NCBI GenBank assembly: GCA_045863855.1
Contig: BTVV01000162.1
Coordinates: forward strand, 1 to 12,139
From: Planctomycetota bacterium
GTDB taxonomy: Bacteria; Planctomycetota; SZUA-567; H5-PLA8
Direction: 5' to 3'
DNA length: 12,139 nt
Positions 6,450-12,139 of the stretch are shown here, piece after piece; within the stretch, counting starts at the first letter, position 1; each line of letters opens with the position of its first letter. The notes under the pieces are model-generated. The model was not told the DNA's origin. It ran no database searches and saw only the letters and a list, made by a program, of their open reading frames with translations. Both the position numbers and the translations under genes were made by a program.

Positions 6450-9400
6450 TGGCCAACTTCTGCGCCAGTTGTCGGCCTCCCATATTCGGCATTACCACAT
6501 CGGTCACCAAAAGCTGGATCGCTCCGCCGTGCGACTCCGCGGTGCTAATGGCTTCGACTCCGTCTCCGGCTTCAAGGACGCGATAGCCGCAGGATTCAAG
6601 GTACTCGCGCGCCAGACTTCGCACGGGTACTTCGTCCTCTACTAGCAGGATCGTTTCGTGACCGCGTGGCGTCTTGCTTTCAGCCACCGGATCATCCGGG
6701 GCCCTATGCACAAGCTCGACGCAGGGCAGATACAGTTTGAAGCAGGAGCCTCGCCCTTCCGTGCTATCTACCGACACGTGCCCACCGCTTTGCTTCACGA
6801 AGCCGTACACCATGGCGAGACCCAACCCCGTTCCTTTGCCCGGTCCTTTGGTGGTGAAGAAAGGTTCGAAGATGTTCGACTTCACGCTTTCCGGGATACC
6901 TTGACCTGTATCGGAAACGGCGAGGATCGCGTATGGACCGGATGGCAGATCGCCGCGTCCGGCTTGACCCGCCTCGTTCTCATGGCCGTTCCGCGTTTCC
7001 AGCGTAATCGTGCCTCCAGAGGGCATGGCGTCGCGTGCGTTAATGGCCAAATTGATCAGCGCCTGATCCAAAAGCGCCGGATCGGCTTGAATCAAACCCA
7101 CGTGTTCGCCCAGAACTATCCGCAGCTCGATATCTTCGCCGATCAACCGGCGAAGCACTTTGCTTATACCCTGTACGACCGCATTCGGATCTAAAACCTT
7201 CGGCTCCAGGACGGTCTTTCTTCCGAATGCCAAGAGCTGCCTCGTCAGCGCAACGGCGCGATTGCCGGATTGCATGATGGCGCGGACTTTTTCCTGCTCC
7301 GGACTCCCTTCGGGAAGCTGGCGGCGCAGCAGTTCCGCGTAGCCCTGAATGACCGTTAGCAAGTTGTTGAAATCGTGAGCCACTCCTCCCGCCAGTTGCC
7401 CCATCGACTCCATTTTTTGCGCCTGTCTGAATTGCGCCTCCAGTTGTTGGCGTTCCCGCTCCGATTGCATCTGCTCCGTTATATCCCAATTAATGCCAAC
7501 CACGCGTGTTGTCTGTCCGTGTTCGCCGCGGATTGTCTGAGCCACCCCGCGCAAGTGCCGCAGCGAACCGTCCGGCCGAAGCACACGGAAGGTCGTATCG
7601 AAAGGCCTCTCGCCACGCAGTGCCGCATCCAAGGCACCGCAAACTGCGGCCAGATCGTCGGAAACGACACACCGCTTCCACGACTCGTACTTGCCTCCGA
7701 ACGATTCCACCGGCACTCCGTACATGCGGTGCATCGCTTCGTCCCAGATCAGTCGGTCCTGCGCGACGTCCCAGTCCCAAATTCCGAACTTGCCCGCTTT
7801 AACTGCCAGCTGGAGGCGGTTCTCGCTAATTTCCAATTCGCGTTCGCGGCGTTTGCGCTCCTCGATCTGGCTCAATATACGGTCGAACGATATTCGGAGC
7901 TGGTCGGACATGTGCGAAAACGCCTCGGCCAAGTTGTCCAACTCCTCCAATCGGCTGACCGGCACACGCAGCGTGCGGTCCCCGCCCGCCAAGGCGACCG
8001 TGGCGTTCGACAGCCTCCGGATAGGCTCGGTGACCATCGAAGCGAGCATCGCTGCGATTGCCAGACTCAGCAGCAACGCCACGGCAAAGACCATCGCCGA
8101 ACGGCTGTTCCCTGCGCGAACGCCAGCCAGGTAGAACGATTCCGGAAGCGCCGTGATCACTACCCAATCGGGATGCTCCGCGTTGTTGGAACGAAACGCC
8201 GTGGCCCGAGCCAACCAGGCTTCTTTCGAGAGCGGCTTTTCCGTCACGTGGTCGAATTGGAACGAAACGGGCTGGGTCAATCCCGCTGTGCCTCCCGGCA
8301 AACGCCTGAGCGTCTCCACTGCGACGGCTCCGGCTCTATCGCCGGGCTCGGACGTTGACGCGATGGTGTGCCCCTGGCGGTCCACGATCAGAACACGACC
8401 GTACTGAGCGACGGGCAGGTTCCGCAGGAGCTTAGACAGGTCCCCCTCGACCGACTCCGTGGACGTCTTCGACGTGAGCGCCAAATGATCGTGCAACTGC
8501 GAAGAGATATTCTCCGATATCTCGTGATGCAGCCGCATCGTCAGCATACGCTCGTGATCTTCCGCGCCCGTAAGCGTCACGTACGCCGTCAGACCCACCA
8601 TGACCAGTACGAGCGCGATAAACGGCAGGAGCAGGACCATACGAATGGGCCAGCGCCGTATCGCAGCCAATCCGGCATGAACGTCTCTCTCGCCGGCTTC
8701 CCACGAATGGGTCTCGCGCCACAGCCCGCGCTCGTTGACGTGCCCGGGAATTTCGGCCCAGAAGAGCCCCGCGCGCCGTGCCAACGGCAGCGCCGCCAAC
8801 ATAGCCCACGGCGCCAAAATCCAGGTGATGCCTGTGGTAAAGAAAAGCGCCGGAGTGATGCTGCGGTACGAAATCGCGGGCGGAAACTCCGAAGAACAGA
8901 GGTAGCCCCATAGCACCGGCTCCAGAATCATGAAAACCAGGACGAACGCAGCGTAACCGGCCCATGTTCGCATGCGCCGGAAGTCGGGATCCTTGCCAAT
9001 GAACTGATAAGCGATCCAGAAGCAAGTCGGATTGATGAAATACCCCGGCAGCCAGTTCAACAGGTATTCGGGCGGCACCCCTTCGATCAAATCCGATAGG
9101 CCATATGCAAAGGGCACCGTGATCAGGGCCGGATATCCGAATAGCACAATGCACAAAAAGACCACCAGATCCTTCAGTGACTCGAAGGTCTGAGCGCCGG
9201 GAACCAGAATGACGAACGAGCCGAGATATCCGCTGCCAATAATCAGTATGAACGTCAGCGGCATGCTCAGGAAGGCCGGCGTGTTCCACGCTTGACGCTC
9301 GCGCCCCCAACCCCAACGCGAACCTTGCCGGAATGTGAATCCGCAGTATGCAAAAATCGCAAGTACCGAACCCACCAGGAAGCTGAAACGTCCCCAGACC

Positions 9401-9462
9401 TCCAGAAATGGTAGGGGTAGTCCAGTGAAAACCTGTTCTAGCCAGCTAATGATGGCTTGCAT
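6274..9462 (-). CDS. Hybrid sensor histidine kinase/response regulator: multi-TM N-terminal sensor - TM - Cache-like - TM - HAMP - PAS - HisKA - HATPase_c - REC
   Basis: 1062-aa ORF with SD GGGGTGAGG. HAMP (TEPIRRLSNATVALAGGD...EELDNLAEAFSHM); PAS (GIWDWDV...WDEAMHRMYG...FRVLRPDGSLRHL); H-box AGGVAHDFNNLL; N-box NLAINARDAM; G/F boxes DTGQG, FEPFFTTK, GTGLGL; receiver LLVEDE...LLVTDVVMP...SGY...FLQKPF. The C-terminal half is CckA-like in architecture. Confidence 0.95.
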   Translation of the reverse strand: MQAIISWLEQVFTGLPLPFLEVWGRFSFLVGSVLAIFAYCGFTFRQGSRWGWGRERQAWNTPAFLSMPLTFILIIGSGYLGSFVILVPGAQTFESLKDLVVFLCIVLFGYPALITVPFAYGLSDLIEGVPPEYLLNWLPGYFINPTCFWIAYQFIGKDPDFRRMRTWAGYAAFVLVFMILEPVLWGYLCSSEFPPAISYRSITPALFFTTGITWILAPWAMLAALPLARRAGLFWAEIPGHVNERGLWRETHSWEAGERDVHAGLAAIRRWPIRMVLLLPFIALVLVMVGLTAYVTLTGAEDHERMLTMRLHHEISENISSQLHDHLALTSKTSTESVEGDLSKLLRNLPVAQYGRVLIVDRQGHTIASTSEPGDRAGAVAVETLRRLPGGTAGLTQPVSFQFDHVTEKPLSKEAWLARATAFRSNNAEHPDWVVITALPESFYLAGVRAGNSRSAMVFAVALLLSLAIAAMLASMVTEPIRRLSNATVALAGGDRTLRVPVSRLEELDNLAEAFSHMSDQLRISFDRILSQIEERKRRERELEISENRLQLAVKAGKFGIWDWDVAQDRLIWDEAMHRMYGVPVESFGGKYESWKRCVVSDDLAAVCGALDAALRGERPFDTTFRVLRPDGSLRHLRGVAQTIRGEHGQTTRVVGINWDITEQMQSERERQQLEAQFRQAQKMESMGQLAGGVAHDFNNLLTVIQGYAELLRRQLPEGSPEQEKVRAIMQSGNRAVALTRQLLAFGRKTVLEPKVLDPNAVVQGISKVLRRLIGEDIELRIVLGEHVGLIQADPALLDQALINLAINARDAMPSGGTITLETRNGHENEAGQAGRGDLPSGPYAILAVSDTGQGIPESVKSNIFEPFFTTKGPGKGTGLGLAMVYGFVKQSGGHVSVDSTEGRGSCFKLYLPCVELVHRAPDDPVAESKTPRGHETILLVEDEVPVRSLAREYLESCGYRVLEAGDGVEAISTAESHGGAIQLLVTDVVMPNMGGRQLAQKLAITHPETRVLYVSGYANDAVLRHGVEAANLAFLQKPFLPEDLARKVREVLDGSPQNERH

Positions 9463-9630
9463 GGCCTCACCCCAGACTGCTGGCGTCGATAAGAAAGCCT
9501 ACGTCCTTCAACCCGGGTCGCTAGGGCGTTTCATTCGCATAATCAATTCAATATCCTCCTCGCCGTCATATTTGGCAGTCTTGTGCGCTAAAATATTGGA
9601 AATTGTGCCGGACGTCCGGTTGTCGTAGAT

Positions 9631-9710
9631 GATGGGCGGCATGGGCCATAAGTCGTTCTCTAAAATGGGCGGCTGCTGGTCATGCCCGAGGTGTTGCCCA
9701 TGCCGCTATC
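9631..9710. repeat. About 75-nt element bounded by 11-bp perfect inverted repeats (hairpin, REP- or MITE-like)
   Basis: GCGGCATGGGC (9636-9646) and GCCCATGCCGC (9696-9706), imperfectly extendable to GAT..ATC (9631/9710). Internal 9-bp direct repeat ATGGGCGGC at 9632 and 9665. Confidence 0.5.
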
Positions 9711-9716
9711 CCCTGA

Positions 9717-9960
9717 GAAAGCGGCAAACTCGCCTCGCGACGCGGGCCGCCACCCGACATGGACGACCGCGAAGTCCTCTGTCTGGGCGGGATGCAGGAG
9801 CTTCTGGATTTCGAGTCCGACCACCACTACCAAGCCTGGCTGCACTCCGATCCGTCGATGCGGCGCCTGTTCCCGCGCCTGCTCAGCCGCCAGAACTTTG
9901 CCGACCGCCGCACCCTCCTGACGCCTTTGTTGGCCGGCCTCACCCCAGGCTTCTGCGCCC
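9717..9960 (+). mobile_element. IS982-family transposase fragment (N-terminal region only, pseudogene)
   Basis: Frame reads ESGKLASRRGPPPDMDDREVLCLGGMQELLDFESDHHYQAWLHSDPSMRRLFPRLLSRQNFADRRTLLTPLL, matching the IS982 N-terminal pattern RRGPxPxLSDxEVxxL...E.LG..SD...LFPxLxSRxxFxRR. There is an in-frame TGA at 9714-9716 and the frame closes at 10007 without any DDE domain. Confidence 0.7.
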
Positions 9961-10203
9961 ATGCATACCGACGACCAGATCAGCCTGCTGCGCCTGAAGT
10001 ATCATGAGCATATGTGGATGGAGTGGGATGTGCTTAGCGTGGCCAACGTGACGGGACGCGACATTCAAGAATCCCTCGCGCAGCCCGCCCAGATCACGCT
10101 CCGTGCGCATGTTACCGCCCATTCGCTCCAAGATGTCAGCCGCGCGCTATCCGATATGATGTGGAAACCGGTCAACGGCTCCAAGCTCTTGATTGTCTCA
10201 TGA
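9961..10203 (+). pseudogene. C-terminal remnant (about 80 aa) of a zinc-dependent alcohol dehydrogenase (MDR superfamily, adh_fam_2/CAD-like)
   Basis: DDQISLLRLKYHEHMWMEWDVLSVANVTGRDIQESLAQPAQITLRAHVTAHSLQDVSRALSDMMWKPVNGSKLLIVS* follows the family C-terminus LLxLxYxxHLWxExEIKSVANVTRxDxxEFLxxAAxIxxxPxVxxYxLxxANRALxxL...GAKVLxx. The Zn-binding and Rossmann parts are missing. Confidence 0.72.
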
Positions 10204-12139
10204 CGGTCCCGCAAACTCGTCCTCGACGGTGTGGTCCCCAGCAAGTTTCCGGACTTCCACGGCGCAAACCTTGTATTCCGGCGTTCCGGTTACCGCATCT
10301 CCGTCCGCCACCGTCAGCCGATTGGCCTTGGACTCCACAAAATGGAATGGCATCCAGACGCATCCGCGCTGTACATCTTCGGTAATGAGAGCGCAGGTCC
10401 GGATGGCGCCACGCTTCGAAGTTACTTCGACCTGTTCGCCGTCGTCGATGCCCCGGTGTGCGGCGTCGAGAGGGTGAATTTGCACAAAATTTTCAGGCTG
10501 AATGGTTCGAATTCCCGACGCACGTCCCGTCTGCGTGTCTGCGTTGTAGTGAAATAGGGTCCTTCCCGTGGATAGCACGAGCGGGTAGGCCGAGGTAGCG
10601 GCTTCGGCCGGCGGCCGGTACGTGATGGGCTTAAGCAAACCTTTTCCGCGCAGTGGACCGGCCGCATGCAGATACGCCGTTCCGGGATGATCGGGCGTTG
10701 GGCAGGGCCAGCACAGTCCACCTTCCCGATCCAGGCGGGCGTGACTGATACCGGCGAAGCGCGGGGACAGTGCGGCCATTTCGTCGAAGACTTCTGCCGC
10801 CGAGTGGAATGACCAAGGCGATCCTGCGGTGCGCGCTACATCGGCAAGGATTTCCCAGTCCGCGCGCGCTGCTCCCGGAGGCGTCACGGCCTGGCGCACG
10901 CGCTGCACGCGCCGTTCGGTATTCGTGAACGTGCCTTCCTTTTCAGCGAAGCAGGCGCCCGGCAGGATGGCGTGAGCGAAACGAGCCGTCTCGCTCATGA
11001 AAATGTCCTGCACGACCAGGAATTCGAGCGCGTTCAAGCCTTCTTCCAAGCGATCGAGGTCCGGTTCCGACATAACCGGATCTTCTCCCATGAGGTACAT
11101 ACCTCGAATGGAGCCGCCCAAGTGGCGCATCATCTGGTTGAGATTCTCGCCCACCTGCGCGGAAAGGGTGACTCCCCAAGCGGCTTCGAATTTCGCCCGC
11201 ACCTCGGGGTGCTCAACAGGTTGATAGCCGGGAAAGTAATCCGGGCTGGCGCCGCTGTCGTTCGCCCCTTGGACGTTGTTCTGTCCGCGTAAAGGATTCA
11301 CACCGGTCGACGGATAGCCCAAATGCCCCGTCAGCAAAGCGAGGTTGGAAAGCGCGCACACGTTGTCCACGCCGGTTGTATGCTCGGTAATTCCCAGGGT
11401 GTAATAGATGCCCGAGTGACACGCTTGGGCGTACTCACGGGCTGTCGCGCGAATTTCCTCGGCCGGAACCCCCGTCACGGCTTCGGCTTTCACGGGATCG
11501 TAGGAGCGCAAGTGCGCCTTTAGTTCCTCGAATCCCTCGGTCGAGCGGCGCACGAATTCGCGGTCGTAAAGGTCCTCGAAAACCAGCACATGCGCCATGG
11601 CATTAAGTAACCACACATCGGTCCCTGGCTTCAGGCGCAAGTGCCGGTGGGCAATACGCGTCAGCCAGATATCCCGTGGATCTGCTACCACCAGTCGAGC
11701 GCCTTGGCGAACCGCGCGCTTCATCTCCATCCCGATGACCGGATGCGCCTCGGTGGTGTTGCTCCCGATCACGAAGAGAAACTTCGCATGGCGGATATCC
11801 GCGATCGAATTGGTCATGGCGCCGGCGCCGAGCGTCATGGCCAGGCCGGCCACGGTCGGATCGTGGCACAGACCCGCGCATTGATGCAGGTTGTTGGTTC
11901 CGAAGCAGGCGCGTGCGAGCTTCTGCATCAAGTAATTCTCTTCATTGGTGCAGCGGGCCGAGGATACAAAGCCAAGTGAGCCGGAACCGTGGCGCCCCTG
12001 CACCGCGCGAAGGCCATCGACGACAAAGCGCAATGCCTCGGGCCAGTCGACGGGTCGCAGCGTCCCGTCTTGTCCACGAATCATGGGCTGAGTTAGACGC
12101 TCCGAATGGTGAATGACTTCGTGAGCAAACTTTCCTTGC
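10198..12139 (-). CDS. fdhF: Formate dehydrogenase alpha subunit (Mo/W-bis-PGD, Cys ligand); 5' end lies beyond the window
   Basis: The frame stays open from the window edge (QGKFAHEVIHHSERLTQPMIR...), so 12084 is not the real start. Motifs: SSARCTNEENYLMQKLARACFGTNN, LCHDPTVAGL...GAGAMTN, GSNTTEAHPV, PLRGQNNVQGA, VQDIFMSETA, AEKEGTFTNTERRVQ, LSTGRTLFHYN, PEYKVCAV. Confidence 0.95.
   Translation of the reverse strand, partial: QGKFAHEVIHHSERLTQPMIRGQDGTLRPVDWPEALRFVVDGLRAVQGRHGSGSLGFVSSARCTNEENYLMQKLARACFGTNNLHQCAGLCHDPTVAGLAMTLGAGAMTNSIADIRHAKFLFVIGSNTTEAHPVIGMEMKRAVRQGARLVVADPRDIWLTRIAHRHLRLKPGTDVWLLNAMAHVLVFEDLYDREFVRRSTEGFEELKAHLRSYDPVKAEAVTGVPAEEIRATAREYAQACHSGIYYTLGITEHTTGVDNVCALSNLALLTGHLGYPSTGVNPLRGQNNVQGANDSGASPDYFPGYQPVEHPEVRAKFEAAWGVTLSAQVGENLNQMMRHLGGSIRGMYLMGEDPVMSEPDLDRLEEGLNALEFLVVQDIFMSETARFAHAILPGACFAEKEGTFTNTERRVQRVRQAVTPPGAARADWEILADVARTAGSPWSFHSAAEVFDEMAALSPRFAGISHARLDREGGLCWPCPTPDHPGTAYLHAAGPLRGKGLLKPITYRPPAEAATSAYPLVLSTGRTLFHYNADTQTGRASGIRTIQPENFVQIHPLDAAHRGIDDGEQVEVTSKRGAIRTCALITEDVQRGCVWMPFHFVESKANRLTVADGDAVTGTPEYKVCAVEVRKLAGDHTVEDEFAGPS

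Noticed and set aside
9511..9524. ACCCGGGTCGCTAG as a possible IS982 left inverted repeat
   Set aside because: No partner right repeat found, and it is separated from the transposase fragment by about 190 nt of apparently unrelated DNA.
9572..9612. Sigma54-like motifs (TGGCAG...GC on plus, CGGCAC on minus)
   Set aside because: The required GG-N10-GC spacing is not met on either strand.
6368..9628. Alternative-frame and antisense ORFs inside the kinase (e.g. 7375-8358 +, 8432-9316 -)
   Set aside because: Shadow ORFs with Arg/Ala/Gly-rich, non-protein-like composition.
9508..9642. 44-aa minus-strand ORF (MPPIIYDNRTSG...KRPSDPG*) and a GAGGAGG upstream of the kinase
   Set aside because: No SD at its ATG, AT-rich promoter-like composition and no recognisable family; cannot be supported as a gene or leader peptide.
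11866..11868. Selenocysteine/SECIS in fdh
   Set aside because: The ligand codon is TGC and there is no in-frame TGA in the visible part of the gene.

Overview
GC-rich bacterial window, possibly from a planctomycete (weak inference from the 'RSGGDGTFGDGNE...DLDGE...PSGDGTPGGDF' Ig-like motif). It carries four large minus-strand genes. (1) A secreted protein of at least 981 aa, absent from the ORF track because it runs off the left edge, with a signal peptide, 13 Asp-box (BNR) motifs in about 14 propeller blades, a Big_5-like Ig domain and the start of a cadherin-like repeat. (2) A DUF5107/TPR protein. (3) A 1062-aa hybrid histidine kinase whose N-terminal membrane domain resembles an ECF-transporter S-component. 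(4) A Cys-type formate dehydrogenase alpha subunit running off the right edge. The gaps hold plus-strand remnants: a 5'-truncated XRE-HTH gene followed by an intact-looking 40-aa very basic mini-protein, a possible GNAT-like ORF, and an internal IS982-family transposase fragment joined to the C-terminus of a Zn-dependent alcohol dehydrogenase. Several inverted repeats and hairpins are also present. I saw no rRNA, tRNA or CRISPR array. All family calls come from reading motifs by eye, not from database searches.
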